Shown: positions 39,611 through 49,945, numbered from the stretch's first letter. The stretch: 58,289 nucleotides of DNA from Acidimicrobiales bacterium (GCA_020628305.1 JAHDFH010000005.1:1-58289); one strand, 5' to 3'. Translations and numbers: made by a program. The notes: generated by a model from the sequence alone, not told the origin.

Positions 39611-40228
39611 ATGGTGGACTCTCACCTATCTGAAGTACTGGGACGCTCTCCCGGTCGACCTGCGTCATTCGATACAAGCGTCGCTCTTGAGGCTGCAGAA
39701 TCTGTATTCAAACGCCAAGGCTATTCTTCCACATCGGTGAGCGAACTCGTTAGTGCAACCTCTCTTAGCCGCTCCAGTCTGTATGCTACTTTTGGCAGCA
39801 AGTCAAAATTGTTTTGGGCTGTGCTTCAGCGGGCGGCTGCTGAGTCTAGGGAAAGCTTGATCGAACCCCTGGTTCGTGGCACTGACGGATTTGACGACCT
39901 GTTCTTTGTGTTAGATTCGCTCAATCAACGCTCCCAGCAGCTTTCAGGTGAAGGAATCTTCATCATAAACTGCATACTCGATCAGCAAGCTGTCTCTGCA
40001 GCTAACCAGTTTCGCAATGAGCTACGCTCTGCAATTACCATCACGTTACAAAGGGCTCAGAAACAAGGTGAGATCAGCGTAGATCATGTTGCTCCAGCCA
40101 TAGATATAGTCCTTGGTGCTATTCTCGCCATCAGCATGCTGGCAAGAGCTGGGGCTAAACCACATGAGATTGAAGCTCAAACCACAGCTACTAAGGCTTC
40201 ACTCAGAGCCTTAGCCCAGGCAACCTAA
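39611..40228 (+). CDS. TetR/AcrR family transcriptional regulator
   Basis: N-terminal HTH: FKRQGYSSTSVSELVSATSLSRSSLYATFGSK. Confidence 0.88.
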   Translation: MVDSHLSEVLGRSPGRPASFDTSVALEAAESVFKRQGYSSTSVSELVSATSLSRSSLYATFGSKSKLFWAVLQRAAAESRESLIEPLVRGTDGFDDLFFVLDSLNQRSQQLSGEGIFIINCILDQQAVSAANQFRNELRSAITITLQRAQKQGEISVDHVAPAIDIVLGAILAISMLARAGAKPHEIEAQTTATKASLRALAQAT

Positions 40229-40635
40229 TCGCTTTTAACGAGGCCCACTACGAAAGCCTGGGCTACATCATCAGCATGGCTAAGCGAAACAAGCCAGCCA
40301 TCGAGCCCTAGCTTGGCTGAGGCCTCAATCGCAGAGTCATGTAGCTTGAGAGTCGGAGCTCCACTAGCTTGCGAGACAATTTCGATGTCTGTAAATCTGG
40401 CACCACCAAGCCCCACCCCAATCGCTTTGAGGAAAGCCTCTTTAGCTGCAAATCTTGTGGCCAAACGACGGGCAGCTAGGGCTGTTAGATGACGACCCTT
40501 TAGACAGTAATCAATCTCGTCAGCAGTGTAAACACGATCCAGAAAACCAGCTCGACTCGCTGCAGTTGCAACTCTCGCCACATCAACTACGTCAGTGCCT
40601 ATGGCACCAACAGCGCCTCTAATGGGACCATCCAT
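40225..40635 (-). CDS. acpS: Holo-[acyl-carrier-protein] synthase
   Basis: IGTDVVDVARV, FAAKEAFLKAIG, LSHADD. Start set at ATG 40635. Confidence 0.88.
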   Translation of the reverse strand: MDGPIRGAVGAIGTDVVDVARVATAASRAGFLDRVYTADEIDYCLKGRHLTALAARRLATRFAAKEAFLKAIGVGLGGARFTDIEIVSQASGAPTLKLHDSAIEASAKLGLDGWLVSLSHADDVAQAFVVGLVKSD

Positions 40636-40645
40636 AGCTGAGACC

Positions 40646-43600
40646 CTAAATCCAGTTCTCTGCAACTTCTGAGATGGGTGCAGTCAGAAGATCAACTGTT
40701 GCTACGTTCTCAAACTTACCATGATCAAAAGTTGGATGCTTTTCTTGCACAACGTCAACCAGTTGTCTGTAGCGGTTACGGTAGTTGGTTAGTACCGATC
40801 TGGCAGTGTCAGAATCTAGCTTTGGAACCAAATCAAGGTGACACAACGTAAGACCTACCGTTTGACCATCTTGCACCTCAGGCACGATTATTACTGTTCG
40901 GGAATCAGTGCCAACAGTAACAATTGGGACCTGTTCGAACGCCACTCTGCGTTTAGTTCCACGCAAGACAGGATCAGTCTCAGCTCTAGACGTTAGTTCC
41001 TCGGCGATTCCTCCCTTAGAAACAACTGAAAGCTGAGGCGCTTCACTGTCAAATCCTACAATACGATACTTTGTGTAGCCAAGCACATTATTGACTGTAG
41101 GTGCAACAGCTGCCAAGGTTCGAAGGGTCTTGTATGAGAGACTATCTCTAATCGCGCCAGCTTCTAGAACTGATTGAGTAAGCGTAGACTGGAGCAAGCT
41201 CTCGTCGGCTCTAGATATGCCCACAGTCACGGTCTTAGCTTGATGCTTGATGGCATCGACTGGGCGGGTCAGTTCTTCAATTGCTGAGGTAAGGGCCAGG
41301 CTAAGTTCTTCGACGACAACCCCCGGGGTTCCTACTACACCAAACTCTCGCTGATACTGATCAAGTGGCATAGCTCCACTAGCAAACCTAAGCAAACCAG
41401 TCACACGAGTAGCCGTTGCAGCTTCGAGTGAACCGTTGTAGTCGCCGGCTTGCAAACCCGCCCAAAACAGACTGACCATTGGTTCGATAGCCTTTCCGAA
41501 CTTGGGGAACCAGCCATTGGTCGATGCTTCCACAACTTCTTCGATCGCTCCACGAATCTCCCGCAACGGTTTCGCTGATGCATCTATTGCAAGTGCAGCT
41601 TCATAACCGAACAAGTGCCCTACCATCGTTGACAAAATGAAGGCTAGTGCCGAGTGAGCTTGTGGTACTGCGATAACATCAAGGGCTGCGGTGAAACGAT
41701 TCTCCCCCTCTGAAGCAACAACAATCGGAGCAGCCTTGTGGGCTTTAAAGATCGCCACTTCTTTCGCCACATCATCAACATTTGAGCCGACAAGACCAGC
41801 AGCACAAACCAAGATCAGAGGCTCTGAGGAAAGGTCTATGTGTTTCTTGTCTTCTGTAACATCGCAAGCTATTGCTTTGTAACAAAGTTCAGAAAGTTTA
41901 ATCCTGATCTCTTCAGCGGCGATTTTATTCTCACCGTTCCCAACAATCGCCCAATAGCGGCGGCCTGGGGCATAGGTAGCCGCAGCCGTAGCAATGGCTG
42001 AACGCTTAGTGAGAGTTTTCGCCATAAGCTCGGGCATATCCCGCAGCCCAGCAAGCAGTTCTTGACGCTCAGTGGAATCACCTGCTCCAGTTAACTGACC
42101 TAAACGGTCAGCCAGCAAAAAGCCCGCTGCTATCTGCGCATAGAAAGCCTTCGTGGAGGCAACGCTCATCTCAACATCACGACCATCAGATGTGTAGATA
42201 ACGCCATCTGATTTATCCGCCAGGTCAGAGCCTCTACGATTAACAATTGCTATGACCTTGGCTCCACGGGCTCTAACGACATCGACCGTTCTGTTGGTGT
42301 CTGTTGTTGTGCCAGATTGACTAACTGCGACAACGAGAGTGTCTGACATATCGGCACGTATCTGAAAACCAGAAAGCTCAGTTGCGGTGATTGCCCTCAC
42401 CAGCGCTTCGGTGTGCTGTAGCGCAGGAGCAATCGCTGCTGCTATGGCTTGGCCTGCAACCGCTGCGGTACCCTGGCCGATAACTTCTACTCGCTTGAGA
42501 TCTCCCGATGAAACGTAGTCGAGAAGATTTTGGTTCATTGATGTGGCACTTAACTGCGTGTCAAGGTTTCCCTCTTTAGACACGAGGCGCCCTCGGAGAG
42601 TCTTCCTGAAAGACGTTGGTGACTCTGAAATTTCTTTCAAAAGAAAGTGCGGAGCATCACCGCGATCGATGTCGCGTGTGGTTACTGCTGGCTCTTTCCA
42701 CTCCTCGTCTGTAACTGGCAAGCTTGTGCCGTCGTAAGACACTCGTAAGACTGAGCTAGCTTCGCCTGCAGCTGCGCCAGTTAGGCGAACAATTTGTCCT
42801 TGCGAACCAGGGTTACCGGCGTGTGCGAGAGCCTCCCCGTCCATACGCAGATACCGGGTAGCGTCTTCAACTACACCATAAGGCTCTGAAGCGATAATGA
42901 AGGCATCTTCAGCAAGGCCAATGTAAACGCCCTGTCCACTACCGCGGAGGGCTAAGTGAAGATCATGTGGCGCTGAAGCTGAACTTACCCCGATGGCTGT
43001 TGAACCTTCGAAAGTTGTCATTGCTTTACGAACTGCTTCATCAAGGTCAAGGCCAGATTCTAAGTTGCGTCGAATGACAGTTGGTATAACTTTGGTATCT
43101 GTAGTGATCTCAGTTGCTATCTTTAGCTCTTCGCTCATCTTGATCTCAGCAAAGTTGTCAACGTCGCCGTTACAAACAGCTGTTAAGAATGGTCCTGATG
43201 TGTTTTCGGTTTCTTCTGAATTAACCGGGTGAGCGTTGGGTTCGGAGATGATTCCAATAGAGGCCCATCGCGTATGCGCCAAGACTGAGGCAACGGCATC
43301 AGGAGCAGCGAGCGCTTCGTGCAGTAGATCATCGCTACTTATGGCTTTTCTAATGGCCGCTGTGTTGTCACCGAGCTCCCCAATTTCTGCAGCTGCTTTG
43401 TAAACAAAGCTAAGGCACCCATCGGCTAGGCGCACAGAACCACTTTTATACAGAGGGTCAGCTGAACGTTCTTCAATCACTTCTTGAACGTTTAGCGTTT
43501 CCAAGCCACCTTCAGTGAAATGAACCAAGACGTTCACCCCGGCCGAATCTCGTCCTCGCACCTCAAGACGATCAATGTTACTCAAAGTCTGTTGCAGACT

Positions 43601-44056
43601 GAAAAGCCAAGGTATAGCTGAGTCGGCTAGCTCTTGATCGCCTAGTAACTCGATTACTTCTACAGCTGCCCGTAGGCGATCTTTACGTACCGACCAGCTC
43701 GCATCCTTGACAGAAACAATAGCTGCGTTGAAATCCTCTAGATTTTTGAGCTTGTCACCGTCAGTTTCAAGAAACGCCTCAAAATCCTTAATCTGGGCAA
43801 ACAGTTCATCCAGCACAACGGCACATTTACCGCCAAGATCAGAGCTGTTTAGCAGACAGCGAAGACCAGCTTCACCTGCGAGCTCCACGTTGAGCTGTCC
43901 AAGAAGCTCAGCAACCTTAAGCAACTCTTTGGGATCTGTGCCCAGCGAAGGCAAGGGAAAAGCAGTCAACGCCTCGTTTGATAGTTCCAAAATTTTGCTG
44001 GCATCAGGAGTTTGACGATCAGTGCGTTTTCTAACTACTGCAACTATTCCACACAT
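40646..44056 (-). CDS. Glutamine--fructose-6-phosphate aminotransferase-like protein, double length (Ntn glutaminase plus 2 SIS domains plus extra segments)
   Basis: MCGIVAVV, RLEVRGRDSAG, HTRWASIG...NAHP, CNGDVDNF, VAVSQSGTTTDT, IRIKLSELCY...DKKHIDLS and HQAKTVTVG all align to GlmS landmarks. 1136 aa against about 610 for the canonical enzyme. Confidence 0.8.
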   Translation of the reverse strand: MCGIVAVVRKRTDRQTPDASKILELSNEALTAFPLPSLGTDPKELLKVAELLGQLNVELAGEAGLRCLLNSSDLGGKCAVVLDELFAQIKDFEAFLETDGDKLKNLEDFNAAIVSVKDASWSVRKDRLRAAVEVIELLGDQELADSAIPWLFSLQQTLSNIDRLEVRGRDSAGVNVLVHFTEGGLETLNVQEVIEERSADPLYKSGSVRLADGCLSFVYKAAAEIGELGDNTAAIRKAISSDDLLHEALAAPDAVASVLAHTRWASIGIISEPNAHPVNSEETENTSGPFLTAVCNGDVDNFAEIKMSEELKIATEITTDTKVIPTVIRRNLESGLDLDEAVRKAMTTFEGSTAIGVSSASAPHDLHLALRGSGQGVYIGLAEDAFIIASEPYGVVEDATRYLRMDGEALAHAGNPGSQGQIVRLTGAAAGEASSVLRVSYDGTSLPVTDEEWKEPAVTTRDIDRGDAPHFLLKEISESPTSFRKTLRGRLVSKEGNLDTQLSATSMNQNLLDYVSSGDLKRVEVIGQGTAAVAGQAIAAAIAPALQHTEALVRAITATELSGFQIRADMSDTLVVAVSQSGTTTDTNRTVDVVRARGAKVIAIVNRRGSDLADKSDGVIYTSDGRDVEMSVASTKAFYAQIAAGFLLADRLGQLTGAGDSTERQELLAGLRDMPELMAKTLTKRSAIATAAATYAPGRRYWAIVGNGENKIAAEEIRIKLSELCYKAIACDVTEDKKHIDLSSEPLILVCAAGLVGSNVDDVAKEVAIFKAHKAAPIVVASEGENRFTAALDVIAVPQAHSALAFILSTMVGHLFGYEAALAIDASAKPLREIRGAIEEVVEASTNGWFPKFGKAIEPMVSLFWAGLQAGDYNGSLEAATATRVTGLLRFASGAMPLDQYQREFGVVGTPGVVVEELSLALTSAIEELTRPVDAIKHQAKTVTVGISRADESLLQSTLTQSVLEAGAIRDSLSYKTLRTLAAVAPTVNNVLGYTKYRIVGFDSEAPQLSVVSKGGIAEELTSRAETDPVLRGTKRRVAFEQVPIVTVGTDSRTVIIVPEVQDGQTVGLTLCHLDLVPKLDSDTARSVLTNYRNRYRQLVDVVQEKHPTFDHGKFENVATVDLLTAPISEVAENWI

Positions 44057-44152
44057 CTAGCTCACCCATTCATCTAAATCCAGCCCTATTAACAGAATAG
44101 AGCAAAAAAGGCCTGTTGGTATGTAGTCTAAATGCCCCAAAGCAAGATCAAT

Positions 44153-45496
44153 CTAAACGCAAATTAATTTCACTTGTTCAGCTAACTGGTTGGCCATATT
44201 CTGCGCCTCAGCCTCTTCCAGATGCTCAACCATGACCCTAATTAGCGGCTCCGTACCAGACGGCCGAACCAGCACACGACCGTTGTTCCCCAACGACTGA
44301 TCTGCCTGTTGCACTTTTGACAGCAGCGCTTCGGGAAGTTGAGCCACGCGCTTTGCAAGCTTCACGTTGACAAGTACCTGAGGCATGGTAGTCATGACCT
44401 CATCAGCAACAACCGAGAAGGGCTTGCCTTGAGTCTTGATCGCTGCCATAAGCTGCAAAGCCGAGAGTAAGCCGTCTCCTGTTGTGGAGATATCTCTACA
44501 TATGATGTGCCCTGACTGCTCGCCACCAAGTGAATGGCCATTTTCGTCCATGGCTATAAGAATGTTTCTATCGCCCACATCAGTAGTTAGCACTCTGATG
44601 CCTTGTTCGGCCATGGCATTATGGAGCCCAAGATTGGACATCACTGTTACCACTAAAGTATCGTTTGCCAGCTTGCCTTGGGCCTTGAATTCAACCCCAA
44701 GCAGGGCCAATACTTTGTCGCCGTCGACAATGTTACCTTTTTCGTCAACAGCGATAAGTCGATCAGCATCGCCATCGAAAGCAAAGCCGATATCTGCTGA
44801 TGTCTCAACTACTTTTTCCTGCAAAGCGTTTGGTGCTGTAGATCCAAACCCTTCGTTAATATTGATTCCGTTGGGTTCGTTCCCAATCACAGTCAGATCG
44901 ACCCCAAGCGCCTTCAGAACTCTGGGAGCGGATTCAAAAGCCGACCCATGGGCTGTGTCCACAACTACCTTAGTGCCCTGAAAACTAATGTTCTGATCTA
45001 ACGATTTTGCAAGCGATCCTTCCCAGCCTCTAACCAATTCGACATCCTCAAAGTCTGCGGTCGAATCATAGGCTGCGTCATCGCTAAGCTTGCCATAGCA
45101 GTCTTCAATCAGAACCTGAAGTTGGTTCTGCACTTCATCTGTTAATTTCACACCACCCGGTGCAAAGACTTTCAACCCATTGTCGTAGTAAGGGTTGTGA
45201 GATGCTGAGATCATAATACCTGGGCAGTTAAGATTGCTGCTAGACCAAGCTACAGCTGGAGTTGTAGTGACACCCAGAACCCGAGACTCAGCGCCGGCGC
45301 TTTTTATTCCAGATGCAACAGCATCTTGCAATGGGGAACCAGACACACGTGTGTCTCTGCCAACAGCTACAGTTATTGGCTGCGTACCGCTGCTGTAGAT
45401 GTTCGCAACAGCATTGCCCAGAGCGCAAGCTAGACGTTGCGTTATCTCTTCATCTGCCTTGCCTCGCAGCCCGTCTGTACCGAATTGCGGCAGCAC
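44153..45496 (-). CDS. glmM: Phosphoglucosamine mutase
   Basis: SASHNPYYDNG phosphoserine loop, FDGDADRLIAVD, GGEQSGH. Confidence 0.96.
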   Translation of the reverse strand: MLPQFGTDGLRGKADEEITQRLACALGNAVANIYSSGTQPITVAVGRDTRVSGSPLQDAVASGIKSAGAESRVLGVTTTPAVAWSSSNLNCPGIMISASHNPYYDNGLKVFAPGGVKLTDEVQNQLQVLIEDCYGKLSDDAAYDSTADFEDVELVRGWEGSLAKSLDQNISFQGTKVVVDTAHGSAFESAPRVLKALGVDLTVIGNEPNGININEGFGSTAPNALQEKVVETSADIGFAFDGDADRLIAVDEKGNIVDGDKVLALLGVEFKAQGKLANDTLVVTVMSNLGLHNAMAEQGIRVLTTDVGDRNILIAMDENGHSLGGEQSGHIICRDISTTGDGLLSALQLMAAIKTQGKPFSVVADEVMTTMPQVLVNVKLAKRVAQLPEALLSKVQQADQSLGNNGRVLVRPSGTEPLIRVMVEHLEEAEAQNMANQLAEQVKLICV

Positions 45497-45499
45497 GGA

Positions 45500-45901
45500 T
45501 TAACGCTTGCTGAACTGAGGCGCCTTACGAGCTTTCTTAAGACCGTACTTCTTAGATTCTTTCTTACGAGGATCTCTGCGAAGCAGCCCAGCTTTCTTAA
45601 CTTGAGGACGAACCTCATCAGATCCGGCGGCTTCGTCGTCGACGACTAACGCACGAGCAATCGCTAGACGCATAGCTCCCGCCTGACCAGACTTTCCACC
45701 ACCATCAAGAGTTACGTCAATGTCGTATACATCGGTTGTGCTTGTAACGCGAAGCGGCTCGGTGATTTCCATGCGATGAACCGCGGATGGGAAATACTCT
45801 TCGAACTCTTTGCCATTTGCTGTAATCTTACCGTTACCAGCTGAAAGGCGAACTCGTGCAATAGCTTGCTTACGTCGACCGGTTGCTTGGATCATTGACA
45901 T
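45500..45901 (-). CDS. rpsI: 30S ribosomal protein S9
   Basis: [12 protein letters not shown]...[19 protein letters not shown]...[23 protein letters not shown]. Confidence 0.97.
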   Translation of the reverse strand: MSMIQATGRRKQAIARVRLSAGNGKITANGKEFEEYFPSAVHRMEITEPLRVTSTTDVYDIDVTLDGGGKSGQAGAMRLAIARALVVDDEAAGSDEVRPQVKKAGLLRRDPRKKESKKYGLKKARKAPQFSKR

Positions 45902-46356
45902 TATTCTTCACCTTCTCTTTTAGCTCCAGCAATCTCAAGCTTCTTGGGTTGTTGAGCTGAGTGCGGATGAGTATCTCCTGCATAAACCTTGAGCTTGGTT
46001 GCTTGCTGGCGACCAAGGCGGTTCTTTGGGAGCATACCTTCAATAGACTTCTTCACTGCTTCGGCAGGTTTACGATCAAGACTCTGCGAATACGTTTCTG
46101 ACTTGATACCACCTGGGAAACCAGAGTGACGGTAACGCATCTTCTTATCAGCCTTACCGCTTGTCAACACAACTTTGTCTGCGTTGATGACTACAACGAA
46201 ATCACCCGTATCAATGTGGGGTGCGAAAGTTGGCTTGTGCTTGCCGCGCAGCACTCGAGCAACTTCAGTAGCCATACGTCCAAGGGTTAACCCCTCGGCA
46301 TCAACGACATACCAGTCTCGAGATATTTCTGAAGCTTTTGGTGAATATGTTTTCAC
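45901..46356 (-). CDS. rplM: 50S ribosomal protein L13
   Basis: [30 protein letters not shown]...MLPKNRLGR. Confidence 0.97.
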   Translation of the reverse strand: MKTYSPKASEISRDWYVVDAEGLTLGRMATEVARVLRGKHKPTFAPHIDTGDFVVVINADKVVLTSGKADKKMRYRHSGFPGGIKSETYSQSLDRKPAEAVKKSIEGMLPKNRLGRQQATKLKVYAGDTHPHSAQQPKKLEIAGAKREGEE

Positions 46357-46453
46357 TGGAAATCTCTTTATCTAAAGATCGAACTTAACCGATTCAGCAT
46401 AGTAGCGTTAGGCGTTGCATCCAACCCTGAAACACTATCTATAGTGCGAAAAG

Positions 46454-47257
46454 TCATTGATATTCAACTTCTGTAAGGCATAAACCGTGTGGCGGGGCAA
46501 TGGGTTCTGCTGCAGCTCGGTCCTTGGCCTCCAAAACCGCAGTTGTTTCCTTCGCCTGGCGCTTGCCCACACCGACTCCTATTAAGAAGCCGACAATACT
46601 TCTAACCATTTGATGACAGAATGCTGAACCCGCAATGGCAAACTTCAGCTCGCCTGGCTGTAGCTCTGCCCATTCAGCGGCCACCACCCTGCGGACAAGT
46701 GAGGCTGGTTGCTGATCGGGTTCCTGTTTAGGACGCCGACAAAAAGATGTGAAATCATGAGACCCAATCAGCATTGCTGCAGCTCTATTCATCTCATCCA
46801 GATCAAGTGGTTGCCTTATGTGCCAATGGGAATGTGCGGTTAGCGGATCTGCATTCTCTGAGTTGTTCACCAGATATCTGTAACGTCGCCCTGTAGCATC
46901 ATGGCGCGCATCAAACTCTAACGGAGCAACATCTGCTCGAAGCACAACGACTTCGGGTGCAAGCTTAGAGCTAATAATCCAGCCAAGCTTCTCAGCTGAG
47001 ATGTTGAGCTCAGGGATACAAAAATTGAGAACCTGGTGACTGGCATGAACTCCAGCGTCGGTACGACCAGACATTATGACTGCTGGCTCATAGCCGGTCC
47101 ACTGACTTAAGATAGTTTGGATTTCTCCAACTACGGTACGAACACCGGGATTTGGCGCTAAGCCCCTAAAACCAGAACCGTTATAGGAAATAACTAACCG
47201 ATAATTGGTATCGGAATTAGACAAACTCAATCTTTGCCATAGGTGCGTTATCACCAC
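46454..47257 (-). CDS. truA: tRNA pseudouridine(38-40) synthase
   Basis: ISYNGSGFRGLA, GRTDAGVHA catalytic Asp motif. Start uncertain: ATG 47257 overlaps rplQ by 41 nt, with TTG alternatives at 47230 and 47224. Confidence 0.88.
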   Translation of the reverse strand: MVITHLWQRLSLSNSDTNYRLVISYNGSGFRGLAPNPGVRTVVGEIQTILSQWTGYEPAVIMSGRTDAGVHASHQVLNFCIPELNISAEKLGWIISSKLAPEVVVLRADVAPLEFDARHDATGRRYRYLVNNSENADPLTAHSHWHIRQPLDLDEMNRAAAMLIGSHDFTSFCRRPKQEPDQQPASLVRRVVAAEWAELQPGELKFAIAGSAFCHQMVRSIVGFLIGVGVGKRQAKETTAVLEAKDRAAAEPIAPPHGLCLTEVEYQ

Positions 47258-47570
47258 GGCGAGGGTTCATCTTCATGATGCGTGTGTATCCACCTGAACG
47301 GCTCTGATAACGAGGGCCCACCTCATCAAACAGTTTTGTGGTCATCTCAACATCACCAAGATAGCTAACTACCTGACGGAAATTGTGAAGGCCACCCTTT
47401 TTAGCTTTTGTCACAAGCTTTTCAGCAACTGGACGCATAGCTTTAGCCTTGGCCTCGGTTGTGACAATACCTTCAGCTGCGATCAATGAAGCAACAAGGT
47501 TAGCCATCATGAGCTTTTGGTGTTGGCTTGAACCGCCAAAGCGGTTTGATTTCTTTGGTCTACCTGGCAT
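47217..47570 (-). CDS. rplQ: 50S ribosomal protein L17
   Basis: HQKLMMANLVASLI...IVTTEAKAKAMRPVAEKLVTKAKKG...GGYTRI. Confidence 0.96.
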   Translation of the reverse strand: MPGRPKKSNRFGGSSQHQKLMMANLVASLIAAEGIVTTEAKAKAMRPVAEKLVTKAKKGGLHNFRQVVSYLGDVEMTTKLFDEVGPRYQSRSGGYTRIMKMNPRRGDNAPMAKIEFV

Positions 47571-47572
47571 TT

Positions 47573-48517
47573 TTAGATCCTACCGCCACGGAGCGAAAGG
47601 CCTCGCTCTTCGAGTTTCTCTACTACTTCGTCCAGAGATTTCTGTCCAAAGTTTGTAATTGCAAGAAGGTCGTCATAGCTGCGGGTGAGAAGCTCGCCGA
47701 CAGTGTTAACCTGAGCCCGCTTCAAGCAGTTACGTGGACGCTCTGACAAATCTAGTTCTTCGATTGTGAGCTCAAGATCTGGTGATCCAGCAGCTGCAGT
47801 TGGAGCCTCACCTAGAGTAAGACCCTCTGGCTCTTCAGCCATATCCTCAACTAGCTGCATCAACGATCTAACAGTTGCACCAGCAGACGCCAAAGCCTCA
47901 GCAGGTGTTGTTGACCCATCAGTCTCGATGGTTAGAACAAGCTTGTCGAAATCGGTAGAGTTCTCAACACGAGTTGGCTCAACATCAACCGCTACCCTAC
48001 GAACTGGGCTGAAGATTGCGTCAACTGGGATAACACCGATTGTAGGAGACTCATTAATTCGCTTTACTGAAGATGACCAGTTACGTCCACGATCAACAAC
48101 CAAGTCACAAGCGAGACGAGCCTTGTCACCAAGAGTAGCGATAGCGCACTCTGGATTCAGGATCTCAACTTCTGGTGGAAGCTGAATGTCGGCCGCTGTT
48201 ACCTGACCAGGACCTGACTTGTCGAGACGAAGAGTTACCGGCTCCTCGCTTTCTGAGGTAACCACAACATCTTTGATGTTCAAGATGATGTCTGTTACAT
48301 CTTCGACCACACCTGAGATGGTGTCGAACTCATGAAGTGCGTCATCAAACTTCACCGAAGTAATAGCCGCTCCTGGTACAGACGAAAGAAGTGTTCGTCG
48401 CAGGGATGCTCCTAGCGTGTGACCGAAACCTGGTTCTAGAGGGCCTACCGCGAAGATTCCCTTAGATGTTGCTCCGTCATCTAGCTGTTCAACCGTTGGG
48501 CGTTGAATTACTAGCAT
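47573..48517 (-). CDS. rpoA: DNA-directed RNA polymerase subunit alpha
   Basis: GPLEPGFGHTLGASLRRTLLSS. C-terminal domain LDLSERPRNCLKRAQVNTVGEL. Confidence 0.97.
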   Translation of the reverse strand: MLVIQRPTVEQLDDGATSKGIFAVGPLEPGFGHTLGASLRRTLLSSVPGAAITSVKFDDALHEFDTISGVVEDVTDIILNIKDVVVTSESEEPVTLRLDKSGPGQVTAADIQLPPEVEILNPECAIATLGDKARLACDLVVDRGRNWSSSVKRINESPTIGVIPVDAIFSPVRRVAVDVEPTRVENSTDFDKLVLTIETDGSTTPAEALASAGATVRSLMQLVEDMAEEPEGLTLGEAPTAAAGSPDLELTIEELDLSERPRNCLKRAQVNTVGELLTRSYDDLLAITNFGQKSLDEVVEKLEERGLSLRGGRI

Positions 48518-48558
48518 TTTGTGTTTCCTTATGGTTAGTGGCCAAATGGCCGGCTTGA

Positions 48559-49179
48559 TTACTTACTGTAAAGTTCTACGATTAACTGTTCACGCAAAGG
48601 AACATCAATTTGTTCCCTAATTGGTTCAGAGTGAATGGTAACGGACAATCCGTCAGATCCAAGATCGATCCACGCTGGTGGAGTGCGATCCAGAACTTCT
48701 TTGTTCCACTGAATCACTGCGTTTTCTTTGGTCTTTGCCTTAATTTCAATCTTGTCTCCAGCAGAAACACGGTATGAAGGAATATTCACACGCTTTCCGT
48801 TAACAAGAACATGACCGTGAGCTACAAACTGACGGGCCTGTGGACGTGTTGCGCAGAACCCGGCCCGGTAGCAGACGTTATCGAGGCGAAGCTCAAGTGA
48901 GATGAGCATGTTTTCACCGGTTACACCAGATTTGCGAGAAGCTTTCTGGTAGACCTTACGGAACTGCTTTTCAGTTAGGCCGTACGAAAGACGTGCCTTC
49001 TGCTTCTCCTGAAGCTGAACTAGGTACTCAGAGTTATTTGCACCCCTGGTACGAGAACGTCCGTGGATACCTGGCGGGTATGGACGACGCTCAAGAGCAG
49101 CAGTTTCGCCCTTGGTTCCGAAAATGTTTTCACCGAGACGACGAGAAACTCTCGCACGTGGACCTGTATATCTAGACAT
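48559..49179 (-). CDS. rpsD: 30S ribosomal protein S4
   Basis: [16 protein letters not shown].... Start at ATG 49179 (AGGAGAG SD), overlapping the rpsK stop as TAATG. Confidence 0.95.
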   Translation of the reverse strand: MSRYTGPRARVSRRLGENIFGTKGETAALERRPYPPGIHGRSRTRGANNSEYLVQLQEKQKARLSYGLTEKQFRKVYQKASRKSGVTGENMLISLELRLDNVCYRAGFCATRPQARQFVAHGHVLVNGKRVNIPSYRVSAGDKIEIKAKTKENAVIQWNKEVLDRTPPAWIDLGSDGLSVTIHSEPIREQIDVPLREQLIVELYSK

Positions 49180-49562
49180 TACGCTCTCCTGCGCTTCTTG
49201 AGACGGCAACCGTTATGAGGTGTTGGGGTAACATCTTTGATACCTACCACTTCAATCCCGGCACTCTGAATTGCTCTGATAGCTGTTTCGCGACCAGAAC
49301 CTGGGCCGGAAACAACAACATCACATTTGCGAACACCTTGGTCCATAGCCAATGCAGCTACCTTGTTAGCGGCCTCCTGGGCAGCATACGGAGTTGATTT
49401 ACGAGACCCCTTGAAGCCAACATTGCCTGATGAGGACCAGGCGATGACGTTTCCACCCTGATCTGTAACAGAGATGATTGTGTTATTGAAAGTTGACTTG
49501 ATGTGAACCACACCATAGCTAACGTTCTTTGACGCTTTCTTCTTGCGTGTAGCAGTTGCCAT
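49179..49562 (-). CDS. rpsK: 30S ribosomal protein S11
   Basis: [18 protein letters not shown]...[14 protein letters not shown]. Confidence 0.97.
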   Translation of the reverse strand: MATATRKKKASKNVSYGVVHIKSTFNNTIISVTDQGGNVIAWSSSGNVGFKGSRKSTPYAAQEAANKVAALAMDQGVRKCDVVVSGPGSGRETAIRAIQSAGIEVVGIKDVTPTPHNGCRLKKRRRA

Positions 49563-49942
49563 TACTTGACTACTTTCTTCTTACCAGCAACGGTCTTCTT
49601 AGGACCTTTACGTGTGCGAGCATTTGTTTGGGTTCTTTGACCACGAACCGGAAGACCCTTACGGTGACGCACACCTTCGTGTGACCCGATTTCCATCTTT
49701 CGCTTAATGTTCTGTGTAACCTCACGCTTAAGGTCACCTTCGGTTTGAATCTCTTGATCGTTGATCCAGCCTTTGATTGCGTTCAACTCAGAATCTGTGA
49801 GATCTTTAACTCGACGAAGAGGATCGATTTGACATTGCTCGATGATACGAGCAGCTGTTGTGCGGCCAATTCCTTTGACGTAAGTCAAAGAGATGATCGC
49901 TCTCTTGTCTCTAGGTATGTCTACACCTGCTATACGGGCCAT
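49562..49942 (-). CDS. rpsM: 30S ribosomal protein S13
   Basis: [14 protein letters not shown]...[24 protein letters not shown]. Confidence 0.97.
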   Translation of the reverse strand: MARIAGVDIPRDKRAIISLTYVKGIGRTTAARIIEQCQIDPLRRVKDLTDSELNAIKGWINDQEIQTEGDLKREVTQNIKRKMEIGSHEGVRHRKGLPVRGQRTQTNARTRKGPKKTVAGKKKVVK

Positions 49943-49945
49943 TTC

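Noticed and set aside
44057-44152. Possible glmS ribozyme upstream of the GlmS-like gene.
   Set aside because: Only 96 nt separate the glmM stop from the start codon, which is too short for the roughly 170-nt ribozyme. I saw none of its conserved core and no convincing hairpin.
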